In this document: piece after piece, positions 13,286 through 28,205 of the stretch
Position numbering within the stretch: the first letter of the stretch is position 1
Layout: each line of letters starts with the position of its first letter
Source of the DNA: Eledone cirrhosa
Taxonomy: Eukaryota
NCBI GenBank assembly: GCA_964016885.1
Contig: OZ024740.1
Coordinates: forward strand, 111,724,001 to 111,788,000
Reading direction: 5' to 3'
Length of the DNA: 64,000 nucleotides
Position numbers and translations under genes: made by a program
Notes under the pieces: generated by a model
Databases searched by the model: none
The model's input: the letters and a program-made list of their open reading frames with translations, nothing else
Told to the model about the DNA's origin: nothing

Positions 13286-15686
13286 AACCCAACACTACCA
13301 CCAACACCACAACCACCACCACCACTACCACCACCACAACCATCACCTCCACTACCACCAATACAACCACAACCACTACCACCGCCACCAACAGTACCAC
13401 TACGACCACAACCACCACCACCACCAACACTACCACCATCACAACCACCACCACCAAGACTGCCACCACAACCACCACCACCACCAACACTACCACCACC
13501 ACCACCACAACCACCACCACCAACACTACCACCACCACCACAACCACCACCACCACCACCACCACCACCACCACCACCACCACCACCAACACTACCACCA
13601 CAACCACCACCACCACCAACACTACCACCACCACCACCACAACCACCAGAACCAACACTACCACCACCACCACAACCACCACCACCAACACTACAACCAC
13701 CACCACCACAACCTCCACCACCACCACCACCACTACCACCACCACCACACCCGCCACCACGACCACCAACACTACCACCACCACAACCACCACCACCACC
13801 ACCACAACCACCACCACCACCAACACTACCACCACCACCACCACAAACACCACCACCAACACTACAACCACCACCACAAAACCACCACTACCACCACTAC
13901 CACAACCACCACCACCAACACTACCACCACCACCGCAACCACCACCACCAGCACCACAACCACCACCACCAACACTACCACCACCACCACCACTACCACT
14001 ACCACCACCACCACCACCAACACTACCACCACCACTGCAAACACCACCACCAACACTACCACCACCACCACCACCAACACCAACACTACAACCACCACCA
14101 TCACTACCACCACCACCACCACCACTACCACCACCACCACACCCACCACCACGACCACCAACACTACCACCACCACAACCACCACCACCACCACCACAAC
14201 CACCACCACCACCACCAACACTACCACCACCTCCACCACAACCACCACCACCAACACTACAACCACCACCACAAAACCACCACTACCACCACTACCACAA
14301 CCACCACCACCAACACTACCACCACCACCGCAACCACCAGCACCACAACCACCACCACCACTACCACTACCACCACCACCACCACCAACACTACCACCAC
14401 CACCGCAGACACCACCACCAACACTACCACCACCACCACCAACACCAACACTACAACCACCACCATCACTACCACCACCACCACCACCAACACCTCCACC
14501 ACCACCACCAACACTACCACCACCACCACAACCACCACCACCAACACTACAACCACCACCACAACCACCAACACTACAATCGCCACCACAACCACCACCA
14601 CCAACACTACCACCACCACCACAACCACCACCACCAACACTACAACCACCACCACCACTACCACCACCACCACCACCACCACCACTACCACCACCACCAC
14701 CAACACTACCACCACCACCACCACAACCACCACCACCAACACTACCACCATTACCACAATCACCACCACCAACACTACAACCACCACCACAAAACCACAA
14801 CTACCACCACTACCACCACCACCACCACCAACACTACCACCACCACCGCAACCACCACCACCACCACCACAACCACCACCACCAACACTACAACCACCAC
14901 CACCACTACCACTACCACCACCGCCACCACCAACACTACCACCACCACCGCAACCACCACCACCAACACTACCACCACCACCAACACTACAACCACCACC
15001 ACAACCACCACCACCAACACTACAACCACCACCATCACTACCACCACCACCACCACCAACACTACCACCACCACCACAACCACCACCACCAACACTACAA
15101 CCACCACCACAACCACCACCACCAACACTACCACCACCACCACCACCAACACTACCACCACCACCACAACCACCACCACCAACACTACAACCACCACCAC
15201 CACTACCACCACCACCACCACCAACACTACCACCACCACCAACACTACAACCACCACCACCACTACCACCACCACCACCACCAACACTACCACCACCACC
15301 ACCAACACTACCACCACCACCACAGCCACCACCACCAACACTACAACCACCACCACCACTACCACCACCACCACCACCAACACTACCACCACCACCACCA
15401 ACACTACCACCACCACCACAACCACCACCACCAACACTACAACCACCACCACCACTACTACCACCACCACCACAACCACCACCACCACCACTACCACCAC
15501 CACCACCACCAACACTACCACCACCAACACTACCACCACCACCACCAACACTACCACCACCACCACAACCACCACCACCACTACCACCACCACCACTACC
15601 ACCACCACCACCAACACTACCACCACCACCACCAACACTACCACCACCACCACAACCCCCACCACCACAACCACCACCACCACCAC
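13286..15686. repeat. (ACC)n-derived complex tandem array with higher-order duplication
   Basis: accaccaccaacact / accaccaca subunits; the block at 13861 recurs near 14256. Confidence 0.95.
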
Positions 15687-16329
15687 CTCTCTCTCCCGCC
15701 TCTCTTCTATAGCACATCTCTCACTACACCCCTTTCTCTGCCACCTCTCTTTTATATCAACTCACCTCTCACTGCACCCACTCCTCTCCCATCTCTTTTC
15801 TACATAACCTCTCCCCTCACTGCAACCACTTCTCTCTCGCATCTCTTCTAATATCACCTCTCCTCTTACTGCACCCCTTCTCTTACTGTCCCCCTCCTCT
15901 CACTGCTCCCCCTTCTACCTCCTTCTCTTCTGTAAACAAAATATCAGAAATAATAACAACAAACGTAACTGCGCGAAGAGCATTGTCAAGGACTTGTGTG
16001 TGTGAGTGTGATTGTGTGAGTGTGCATGTGTGTGTGTGTGTGTGTGTTTCTGTGTGTGTGTGTGTGTGTTTCTGTGTGTGTGTGTTTCTGTGTCCATGAG
16101 AGTGCATGTATGTGTGCATGTGTGTGTGTGTGTATACATGTGTTTAGCTGGACCTCAGTCGGTTCGGGTGAACAATATTTTCCAGTTGTTAGAAAAACGG
16201 AATATTCTTCTTGTGGTATCAACGTCCATTCTACAGAGAGTTGCACCTTTAACGTGGTTCTTAGAGATATTCAACATGACACAGGGTGTGACAAAGCTGA
16301 CCGTTCCTAATTACAGGTACAGTCTACAC

Positions 16330-16487
16330 GATGTTTTTCCAAACGGCTTTCGTCTTAGTCAATTTCACTCACAAGGCTTGAGTGAACCCGAGACTACTGT
16401 AAAAGATACTTGCCCCAAATGCCTCACAGTGAGATTAAACCCATGACCTAAAGAATGGGAAGCGAAGTTATTAACCATTTGGCCATA
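16330..16487 (-). mobile_element. Decayed tRNA-derived SINE head, second family (OK/OR-like from memory)
   Basis: cactcacaaggcttg...gatacttgccccaaatgcctcacagtgagattaaaccc...ttaaccatttggccat. Confidence 0.6.
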
Positions 16488-16698
16488 GACGAAAACCTAC
16501 CAGTTCCTACTCTATACAAGGCCCTAGATTAATTCTAAGCATATATATCCACGCCGGAATATAAATAAGCTCCTATGGGAATGAGAGATGTTTCGTTTGA
16601 GGATCATCCGATGACGAGTGTTCCTGTTTTTCAAACAACAGAATTGGGTGAGCACGTTACTGAATTTGCTCGTGTCAACAGGAATCGAACTCACGAAG

Positions 16699-16729
<31 letters not shown>

Positions 16730-16730
16730 C

Positions 16731-16782
<52 letters not shown>

Positions 16783-16876
16783 ACATCAATCAGAATGAAA
16801 CGGAAGCGAGGCTTTGAGAATCATTCATGAAGAGGTAGGTAGATAATAACAAAATCTGTTATTACTACTGCATCAT

Positions 16877-16917
<41 letters not shown>

Positions 16918-17504
16918 GCAGTTTCAGCAGAAGCAATAACAACGATAACTACTACAGCAGTAACAACAACTACAGCAACAACAACAACAACAACTGTTAC
17001 AAAAGCGACAGTAACAACAACTACAACAACTGTTACAAAAGCGAGAGCAACAACAAATAAAACAGCAACAAGTCGATATGGGACAAAAGCTATAGCAGAG
17101 TAACAACAGCAAATGCAATAAAAACAGTGAGAACAACAGTGACATGAACAGTAGCAAGAACAGGAACAACTACAACCGCAACAACAATAGTGACAATAAC
17201 ATTGATAGTGTGTGGTGGTGGCCGTGGTAGTGGTGGTGTTGGTGATTGTGATGGCTGGGGTCCAGACCGTTGCTGATGCTAGGATACTCTGGAAGGACAA
17301 CATGCTTTGCGGCATATACTTAGTTAAATATATTTACTTTTAGGTATTTTTAGTAATAGAATTCTAGAAAAATATCTCATGATCCACATGACAGGTGCAA
17401 TGTGTTCGAACACGGAAGGGCCGAACCCCGACAATCATCGCTTCTATCTCTCTAGCCCTCCCCATCTCTCTGTATTGTGAGCAAATGGGGTTTCACGTGC
17501 TGGC

Positions 17505-17690
17505 GGCCCAACAGCCCCGGCGGACAGAATGGAGAAGGCCTTTCCCCGGAGGATGGTAAGGGAGATGCGCTAGAAGAGCCATTCCATCTCTCGAGGCTCA
17601 CACCAGCGGCTGGCCAGCTCAGCACCTATGGTGATGAATAGGGAGGTAGCCCTAGGGCCAAGGACACCAGAAGTCTCCAGGGTCTGATCT
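17505..17690 (-). pseudogene. CRE-clade non-LTR retrotransposon C-terminal fragment (restriction-like endonuclease end)
   Basis: LETSGVLGPRATSLFITIGAELASRWCEPREMEWLF*RISLTILRGKAFSILSAG fits the CRE pattern VET.G..G......G..LA....PR....L.QR.S..I.RGNA.SI. Confidence 0.7.
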
Positions 17691-17702
17691 GTCTGCCTCC
17701 AT

Positions 17703-17893
17703 GAAAGAAGAAGAAGAAGAAGAAGAAGAAGAAGAAGAAGAAGAAGAAGAAGAAGAAGAAGAAGAAGAAGAAGAAGAAGAAGAAGAAGAAGAAGAAGAAG
17801 AAGAAGAAGAAGAAGAAGAAGAAGAAGAAGAAGAAGAAGAAGAAGAAGAAGAAGAAGAAGAAGAAGAAGAAGAAGAAGAAGAAGAAGAAGAAG
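17703..17893. repeat. Pure (GAA)n tract of about 190 bp
   Basis: Uninterrupted gaa repeats. Confidence 0.98.
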
Positions 17894-17959
17894 GTAGTAT
17901 GCTTGACAGAAAGAAAAATATTCTCCTTGGAAAAGTATAACAGACATTGGTGAAGTCCT

Positions 17960-18031
<72 letters not shown>

Positions 18032-18173
18032 CAAAGGAAATGTGGTAAGGAACCAGATGGACCATAACGCACCAGAGTACTCAATACTTAGTAGCGTGGG
18101 AAATACTTTGGGAAGTTGAGTCCAGAAATAGCCGTCGAAACGGCTTGAGCTCTGCCGTCGGGGTCATACTTTT

Positions 18174-18208
<35 letters not shown>

Positions 18209-18236
18209 TATATATATATGTGTGTATGTGTGTGTG

Positions 18237-18308
<72 letters not shown>

Positions 18309-18309
18309 C

Positions 18310-18342
<33 letters not shown>

Positions 18343-19225
18343 CATATATCCATACATAAATACATACATATATACACACGCAGAGAGAGAGATAGGCCAT
18401 CAGACATCCGTCCATGTATGGACATTGTATTGCAAGCAATGAAGCTAAATAGCATCCACATCGCTGCAAGACTTTCTCTCTCTTCACACTTCACACTTCT
18501 TCAGTTTGAAATTATTTTCCGGCCAGTTACAAGAGAAGTATGCTTCACAGAGAATCTGCTGATCTCTTGAACAACGGCGTGGGAATTATGCTAATATTCC
18601 AACAGCTTTCATAATGTTTGACCAAGTACCATTGTAATCAGCTGGTCAGAATATTCAGCCACGTTGCGCCTGTGGAAACAATTTCCTTGGAGAGGCTTAT
18701 TTGCGCGTTGTAAGGAGCAAGTTGATTGGCTGACTGGCCAGCCTCGTTTATTGATTTATTGAAGAAGCCTTCCAGATGATTCTTGACGAATCTTCTACAA
18801 CTCTAATCAAGTCCCTCCACTGAGATTCCCCGGTAATGTACCGTTAATATTACTGCTAGACATATACAGTACACAATCATACATACAATCACACCATACA
18901 CATCTTGTCGGCTAATATAGCACTCTGTTTCTCGCTCTCTCAAGCTAATACTTTGCTCAATCTCTCCCGCACACCTCTTATACACGTAAGTATGTATGCG
19001 TGTATGCTCGTGTTTATTTAAACAAAGGTCTACTACACACAGATATGTACTTATCAACGAACAAGTGGAGCTGTTGAAGAATAGATTAATACCTATTGGA
19101 AAGAACATTTGCATAGAAATTAGAATACATTTGTGTACGCATGTGTGTGTGCATGTATGTATATATAGAGAGATATATATATCTATATATCTATATCTAT
19201 ATATATATATATATATATATGTATA

Positions 19226-19750
19226 CTAGCTGACCCGTCTGGCTGGCGACCGGCTAGGTATACCGGCATTTTATCTTTTCAGGACCCCCCCCCCCCCCAC
19301 ACACACACACTCCAGTGCAAAGATACCGCACTCCCTCTCAAGCCAGAGTGGTGGGCGGGTGTTAACGTGCTCTGATGTTGGGTTTGAATAGTTTTTAGGA
19401 TTCCCCAGTTCAGTTCAGCAGCCAGTACGTTAAAGAAAGTTGATAGTTAACACAATAAAGGCTGAACAGAGAACACATATTTTAACAAACTTTACAAAAA
19501 TTTGTACAACCATAATGGAAATTCCAAGTAACAGAAAATACATAAATTACATTGTTAGAGCCTCAGAGTATACAATATGTTTTGTTTGGCCCTCGGGAGT
19601 AAAGATGAAGAGATTGTTTGGCGAGCTCACCCTAGAGCATCGTACATACAATTGACCATGGGAGAAGCATGGTTTTCCCAGATGAAGGTCAGCCACTTTT
19701 AGGGTTTGACCCTGAGCTTTGTTGATGGTAATGGCAAAGCTTAGTCTCTC
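19226..19750 (-). mobile_element. Helitron 3' fragment: PIF1-like helicase C-terminus and CTAG terminus
   Basis: RLSFAITINKAQGQTLKVADLHLGKPCFSHGQLYVRCSRV...TKHIVYSEAL; the minus strand ends in a GC-rich hairpin then cgggtcagCTAG|t at 19226. Confidence 0.9.
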
Positions 19751-19947
19751 TGTTGTTCTAGTAACATTTTTTCTTCTGGAAAATCTGATATTGCGGCCAG
19801 GCTGGGACTTTTTGGGTGGCATATCGGCAGTAACAATGACGATAAGCCGTGTGAGATTTCTTGAAATAAATACGTTTGTTTATATTTTGTTTTTGTGTGT
19901 GCAAAAATATTTGTACACGAATATATAATTATATATATATATATATA

Positions 19948-19980
<33 letters not shown>

Positions 19981-20476
19981 TGTGTGTGAGTTTGTGTGTT
20001 AGTAAGAGACAGTAAGACACTGGGTTGTGGCGGTAATGCTGGTTGTGTTAGGGGATTGTGGGGAATTAGCCTGGCGATGGTGCCGATGCAGGATATGGAG
20101 ACGGAGAAACGTTACATTGAAACCGCTGGCTAAAGATTTAAAGGGAAAATCTGATAATAAAAGGTAATACCTTTTTCCTCTCTCCTTCACCCCCGCTGTC
20201 GCAATTCAATCTAATATGGTATTTAAATATATAGAAATAACTGTTTCGTGGTGTGGAATGTTTATATAGGAATTATCAGTGCTTGTATAGTTTGGGTAGG
20301 AACTGGCTTTACATCTTCCGATTGTCTCTGTAATTACTGTTTGATTATAGACTGAGTATATTCCCTCAGTATTCCGCTGTGTGGCTATTTCTGTTTCGCT
20401 TTCGATAAAATTTACGTTGACATAATTCAAAGGAAAATTGATGTGTGTATGTGTGTGCAGATAGACCTGTATATGC

Positions 20477-20507
<31 letters not shown>

Positions 20508-20615
20508 AACACGCACACTCCCGCGCACATACAGACATACATGCACGCACACACACACATATACACACACATACACATGCACTCACACACATATATATAT
20601 ATATATATAAATATA

Positions 20616-20715
20616 CAGGGTGTCCCAAAAGATGTATACTCACTTTGATTACCTGTACAGGCAATATTTAGTAGAATATAGTTGAAGTATGTATACATTA
20701 TTGGGGGACATCCTA
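20616..20715. mobile_element. Tc1/mariner-type MITE of about 100 bp
   Basis: ta|cagggtgtcccaaaagatgtatac ... gtatacattattgggggacatccta|ta: imperfect TIRs with TA flanks. Confidence 0.7.
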
Positions 20716-20973
20716 TATATAAATAATTTGTAAGACCGCTGAGTGAGTTGCAAACTTCAAATATTATAATTAACTGCAAAATGCTTGGAGGCTCTATCCA
20801 AAAAACAAGCCACATGAAAGATATTGGATAGACGAAATACTCAACCACATACACCTTAATTTAACTGTATGCTTATATGTTAAGTATTTCTGTGGAAAAG
20901 TTAAAGGAAAGAAGAGTGCTCTATGTATAGTACAGAGCAATTAAATTATGTAATAAACATCACAATATAATTA

Positions 20974-21054
20974 TTCCATTACCCAAGGTTTCACGAAGTC
21001 AGACGATTCTGACAGAGGCGTCTGAAGGGGTCTGAAGTGGTTCATCAGATAGAA
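20974..21054 (-). ncRNA. Type I hammerhead ribozyme motif, intact core
   Basis: Minus strand ttctat-ctgatga-ac...tcagacg/cgtctga...gt-gaaa-ccttggg-ta-atggaa; stem I ttctat/atggaa; GUA site. Confidence 0.75.
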
Positions 21055-21704
21055 ATCTTTAATTTGGATATAAGATATGAAATTAAAATCTATTATAAAT
21101 GAAAGTGAGGCTGAAATAAAATAACGGGGAAAAATTCATGTACACACAGAAATAGAACTTAAAATTAGGGATAAAGATATTTATAAGTATAAATATATAT
21201 ACGCACATACATAGGCGCACTTATATAAATATGTAAGTCTACACATACATACAATACCAATGTACATAAATAAAGCCATATACATATAGACACATATAGA
21301 CACATATAGACACATATACGCATGTGTCTGTGAAAGCCATCATAAGCACATATACACATATAAAAATACATACGTACGTAGATATAAATAAAAAATGAAA
21401 AATAAGAATCAAGTAAAAATGAAAATATATATAAATCAAAATGTATGCTTATAATCTAAATCGAGGAAGAGTAGAATCCATCATCATCATCATTATATTT
21501 ATAAATGGGATGGTCACAAATGGAATGCATTACATCATAGGTTTGCTTGCTTAAGGTTGTCTTGAAATAACAATATCATGTTTGCCTGTCTTGAGGGCGT
21601 GACGCTTCGAAAAGAAATCTGGAAGACGGAAACTGTCAACGGCCCACCGTATGTATATATGTGTGTGTGTCTGTGTAAGTATCTCTCTTATTATCAGTAT
21701 AGAT

Positions 21705-21870
21705 GTAGCGGGTCGGACATGCTTTCCAGCATAGTTACATCCCCTTACGATCTGAGTTTAAATCCTGCCGAGGTTAACTTTGCCTTTCATCCTTACGGGG
21801 TAGATAAAATAAAGTACCAGTAATCTACTGATAAATTGCTGGCCTTGTGCCAAATGTAGAAACAATTATT
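21705..21870 (+). mobile_element. SINE, same family as 4314
   Basis: gccgaggttaactttgcctttcatccttacggggtagataaaataaagtaccag. Confidence 0.85.
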
Positions 21871-21887
21871 TTCTCTCTGTCTCTCTC

Positions 21888-22021
<134 letters not shown>

Positions 22022-22124
22022 TGTGTGTGCGTGCGTGTGTGTGCGTGTGTATGTGTGTGTGTATATATAAGAAACAAATATCGTTTTTTTTTTTAAAAAC
22101 AATATAAGACGAGATCACATAGGA

Positions 22125-22218
22125 AACATATCTGACGATCTTTCGATTACAGAGTCAGGTTCGATCTATAATAGGCCTTTCCTCGGGCTGATCGATAGTG
22201 AAACATATGTAATATGTT
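22125..22218 (+). ncRNA. Type I hammerhead ribozyme motif
   Basis: aacatat-ctgacga-tctttcgatt...gatcgatagt-gaaa-catatg-ta-atatgtt; perfect 7-bp stem I, palindromic stem III acatatgt, GUA site; U.U mismatch at the base of stem II. Confidence 0.8.
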
Positions 22219-22504
22219 ATTAAATATGTTATGATTCAACACTGAATCCTTGTTCCTTTATTCATATAATATGTGTGTGTATGTGTGTGTGCGTGCGTGC
22301 GTCTCTATGCATTTATCTATCTATCCATCCAGCTGTCCGTCTGTACTCAAAAAAGCAATGTGGTCATTATGATCAACTAAATCCCTATAAGTCACAGACG
22401 GATAAAACCAGTAAAAGAATTTAAAAAATACTATCCAACAAGTGACCGGAATCTCCCAGTGTATTTTTTTAGTTATTTAATTTTTATTTTTATTAATTTC
22501 TTAT

Positions 22505-22700
22505 ATAGGCACAAGGCCAGTAATTTGGGGGAGAGGGAAGTCGATTAAATAGACACCAGTACGTGACTGGTACTTTATTTTATCGACCCCGTAAGGATGA
22601 AAGGCAAAGTTAACCTCGACGGGATTTGAACTCAAATCATAAAGTGCCGTAACTCTATGCCCCGAAGCATGTTGTCCGACGCTCTACCGATATTGCCAAT
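22505..22700 (-). mobile_element. SINE, same family as 4314
   Basis: ctggtactttattttatcgaccccgtaaggatgaaaggcaaagttaacctcg. Confidence 0.85.
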
Positions 22701-22899
22701 AATGGCTACATTGTCAATGTTCCATAGACTTCATGTCTGCTTTTCTTTGGAATTATAGAGTTTGAATTCCGGGATGTTGTGGAATGTCTGTGAGTTTCAA
22801 CTAATCAATTCATTGCTAAATAAACATTTTATAGCAGAAAATAATTGACAGAGATTTTTAGCGGACATGATATTTCCTGTATATTGTCTTTCACACACG

Positions 22900-23348
22900 T
22901 CTACATCATACATACATAAACATATACACATATATAGAGCTATATATACATACATGCATATATACATACACAAATACATATACATATATATGTATATCCA
23001 TACATACATGCATATATACACACACAAATACATATATATATATATATGTATTTGCATACATACATACATACATACATACATACATGCATCCATACATACA
23101 TACATACATACATACATACATACATACATACATGCATCCATACATACATACATACATACATACATACATACATTCATACATACATGCATCCATACATACA
23201 TACATGCATACATCTATGCATAAATACATGCATTCATACATGCATCCATCCATACAGACATATATGCATTCATACATACATACATGTATTCATACATACA
23301 TACATACATTCATACATACACACATACATACATACATACATACATACA

Positions 23349-23381
<33 letters not shown>

Positions 23382-23480
23382 CCATACATACATGGATACA
23401 TACATACCTACATACATACATGTATACATACATGCATACATGCATCCATACATACATATATATACATACATTTACGCATA
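22900..23480. repeat. (CATA)n-derived microsatellite
   Basis: Degenerate tacatacata array; a similar array lies at about 25390-25750. Confidence 0.95.
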
Positions 23481-23789
23481 ATCGTCATTCACATGCCTGA
23501 GTTACACATACTGACATACACGGCTACATGTACATAAACATATTGGCCATACAGACATACACTCATACACACATAGACATACTCAAACACTATACACACA
23601 TTTCCACTTATAGACATATAACATAAAACACATACATATTGAACATACACACATGCAAATATGCGTAAAATATACACATTTTCAAAATGTATGCACATAA
23701 TATGCACGCACATACTCACATATACAAACACACATAGAACATACACCGTATATACAGAGGAGGAATACATATACATACACATAATCGCC

Positions 23790-25200
23790 ATTGACTACAC
23801 ATACTATATATATATACATAAACACATTGACCATACATGCTATATATACATAAACACTGCTATATATACATAAACACATTGACCATACATGCTATATATA
23901 CATAAACACTGCTATATATACATAAACACATTGACCATACATGCTATATATACATAAACACTGCTATATATACATAAACACTGCTATATATACATAAACA
24001 CTGCTATATATACATAAATACATTGACCATACATGCTATATATACATAAACACTGCTATATATACATAAACACAATGACCATACATGCTATATATACATA
24101 AACACTGCTATATATACATAAACACATTGACCATACATGCTATATATACATAAACACTGCTATATATACATAAACACAATGACCATACATGCTATATATA
24201 CATAAACACTGCTATATATACATAAACACATTGACCATACATGCTATATATACATAAACACTGCTATATATACATAAACACATTGACCATACATGCTATA
24301 TATACATAAACACTGCTATATATACATAAACACATTGACCATACATGCTATATATACATAAACACTTCGATATAAATATAAACACATTGACCATACATAC
24401 TATATATACATAAACACTGCTATATATACATAAACACATTGACCATACATGCTATATATACATAAACACTGCTATATATACATAAACACATTGATCATAC
24501 ATGCTATATATACATAAACACATTGACCATACATGCTATATATACATAAACACTGCTATATATACATAAACACAATGACCATACATGCTATATATACATA
24601 AACACTGCTATATATACATAAACACAATGACCATACATGCTATATATACATAAACACTGCTATATATACATAAACACATTGACCATACATGCTATATATA
24701 CATAAACACTGCTATATATACATAAACACTTCGATATAAATATAAACACATTGACCATACATACTATATATACATAAACTATATACATAAACACATTGAC
24801 CATACATGCTATATATACATAAACACTGCTATATATATACATAAACACATTGATCATACATGCTATATATACATAAACACATTGACCATACATGCTATAT
24901 ATACATAAACACTTCGATATATACATAAGCACATTGACCATACATTCTATATATGCATAAACACTTCGATATAAACATAAACACATTGACCATATTGCTA
25001 TATATACATAAACACTGCTATATATACATAAACACATTGACCATACATGCTATATATACATAAACACTGCTATATATACATAAACACATTGACCATACAT
25101 GCTATATATACATAAACACTGCTATATATAGATAAACACTTGACCATACATGCTATATATACATAAACACTGATATATATACATAAACACATTGACCATA
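23790..25200. repeat. Minisatellite, 52-bp unit built from 32-bp and 20-bp subunits
   Basis: cataaacacattgaccatacatgctatatata plus cataaacactgctatatata. Confidence 0.95.
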
Positions 25201-25985
25201 CATACCTTCATACATACACATTTACACACATGCTATAGATATACATAGTCACATATACATGAACCAATGACACATACACTGACCATACAAACACATACAC
25301 ACATACACATGAAACATTAGCATACACAAACCTCGGCTTGTTTACAAATTCTTATAGTTGTCCATTGAATTAGATGACATTCGTAGATCATACATACATA
25401 CACGCATACATAAATATATACATACATACAAACATACATCCATCCATACACGCATACATAAATATATACATACATACAAACATACATACATCCATACACA
25501 CATACATAAATATATACATACATACAAACATACATACATATATATGTACATACATACAAATATCCATCCATCCATACACACGTACATACATAAATATATA
25601 CATACATACATACATACTTACATACAAACGTACATAAATATATACATACATACATACATACATGCATGCATACATACATACATACATACATACATACATA
25701 CATACATACATACATACATACATACATACATACATACATACATACATTTATACGTATATACAAATCCATACACGTAGATACACACACACACACACACGAG
25801 CGTACTCATATATACACATACACAGACATACACGTCTATACATACACATACAAATACTCATCCGTCGCCGTCGGAGTATTTCCCTGATTACACAAGATAG
25901 ATAATTTTTAATCTAAATATCTTTTTAACCATCTATTTGTCATAATAATTTCAATAAACATTGCCGCTCAACCTCCCTCTCAGTA

Positions 25986-26026
<41 letters not shown>

Positions 26027-26029
26027 GTA

Positions 26030-26072
<43 letters not shown>

Positions 26073-26103
26073 TATGTTATATGATATATATATATATAAT
26101 ATA

Positions 26104-26145
<42 letters not shown>

Positions 26146-26174
26146 TATGTTATATGATATATATATATATAATA

Positions 26175-26249
<75 letters not shown>

Positions 26250-26263
26250 GATATATTTATATT

Positions 26264-26330
<67 letters not shown>

Positions 26331-26605
26331 ATGTATGTATGTATGTATGTATATATATATGTGTGTGTGTGTATTTGAGAAAAACAGAGGGACCGAGAGA
26401 AGAGGTGGTGGAATAAATACACACTAATATTTCTCTGCTAAAAGGAAATACAATACGGCATATTTAGACGACCGCTTATTACATAGTACAACATGTCTCA
26501 CTAAGTCGTATATATTGGTGATGCTGTTGCATTTGTTGATTGTTGAAATAGGCATGCCTGAAATCTGGTTTTAGAATGTTTGCTATCTCCGCATTATTAA
26601 TCACT

Positions 26606-27170
26606 CTTCTTCTTCTTCTTCTTCTTCTTCTTCTTCTTCTTCTTCTTCTTTACCCAGGGCCGGATCTCCTCTGCTTCACCACGGCTATGCACTGCGCCAG
26701 TACTTTTCCCGTCTAATCCCAGATGTTATTACTCCGGCGGTGCCTCCTTGGCCATCTTTTGAAATTCTCTCATCAATATGTCCCTTAATGTTGTGGATGA
26801 AGAGTTTAGGAATCATGATGACATGGCCAAAATATTACACCTTTCATTTCACTATGGTTGTAACCATCTGCCTCTCTGTTTCCATCTCCTCCAGAACCGA
26901 CCCACTAGTTTGGGGGTTCATCAAGCAGGTTCGAAGTACTCACCAGTAACAAGTCTCAAACGACATCAATTTGTTAACAACGGTGGTTTTCTGTGTGTAT
27001 GTCTTGTAGCCACACAGTGCCACCAGCCACACCAGGATCATCAGAAGTTTCAGTATAATTCCTTTTTGGAGAAAGCCTTATTTCCTCAGAGTGATTTGGA
27101 AATCAAATGCAGAACCTTCTGTCACAATTCAAGCTCTGATCTCGTGACTACCATTCAATATTTGATCTAT
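26606..27170 (-). mobile_element. Decayed RTE-type LINE 3' end with (GAA)n tail
   Basis: Minus translation NKLMSFETCYW*VLR...SVLEEMETERQMVTTIVK*KV*YFGHVIM...KGHIDE; (ttc)n at 26606-26650. Confidence 0.65.
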
Positions 27171-27289
27171 AATGGTTCCCAGGTACGCAGGTACTTGAAT
27201 TTATATTCGCATGACTTATACGTGTATATTGATCGATATATGTGGAGCAGTCACATGAATAGGGGTCCGGAATACGCGAGAGATGCAGC

Positions 27290-28100
27290 GATGGTAGCGT
27301 CAAAGATACTAACACGGTGGAATTCCAGAGAGTTCTCACCGAGAACGGTTACCATACTTCTCTCACCAAACAGCGAAATACCAAGTTAGCAACACTTGAA
27401 AGAACAAGGAGGACACGTACGCCACGAAGTAATATATGCTGCATAAAGCTGCCACATTTTAATGAGAAAACAACTGCCATCAGACAAGCCATCCTTGGGA
27501 GCCTGAATATACAACTGGCGCACTCTGGACCCTCAAAGAGGAGACTACTCTACAGACAGCGGCCCACATACAACGATATGTGCAAACTTCCTAATTGTCT
27601 CATCAAAAATTTGGAAACGTACATGAGTGCGTATGGGGTCTACAAGATCACATGTAAAGCGTGTAAGTCCTCGCACATCAAAAGTACTGTCTCGATGTTG
27701 CACATACGGATCAGGGAGCACATTACGACGAGAGCTTCTGTTAAAAAAAACATGTTGATAGATGCCTCAACCAAGACATTGAGGCCACCAAGAGGCGTCG
27801 GAATTGAATGTGGATAAATTAAGAATCAAGGAGATCATTATCATCAACCAGAAACTAAACAGTTAAAAATTAGATTGGAAATGCACGAAGCAAATTGGTT
27901 AACAACGATTTCACGCATGCATATTTCAGACACGTTAAGAAAGAAGGCATTGATCGTTTTTTTTTTGTTTTTTGTTTGTTTGCTGTGGTTACTAAGAACG
28001 AGTGTATTGTTTTTAATGGGCCGAAACAACTGATGAGGGGAAATATCTATCTCTATGTTTGTTTCCATTATTTTCTAAACACTCGTTCTTAGTAACCACA
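27290..28100 (+). mobile_element. Penelope-like element 3' fragment: GIY-YIG endonuclease and 3' UTR
   Basis: LTENGY...KLPHFNE...CKLPNC...GVYKITCKACKSSHIKSTVSMLHIRIREH; 22-bp perfect inverted repeat at 27984-28005 and 28079-28100. Confidence 0.8.
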
Positions 28101-28127
28101 CAGCCTTGTCTATTTCAATTGATATAG

Positions 28128-28205
<78 letters not shown>

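Noticed and set aside
18040-18860. Higher-complexity segments that might be exons or old LINE remnants
   Set aside because: No motif or consistent frame recognised; needs BLASTX
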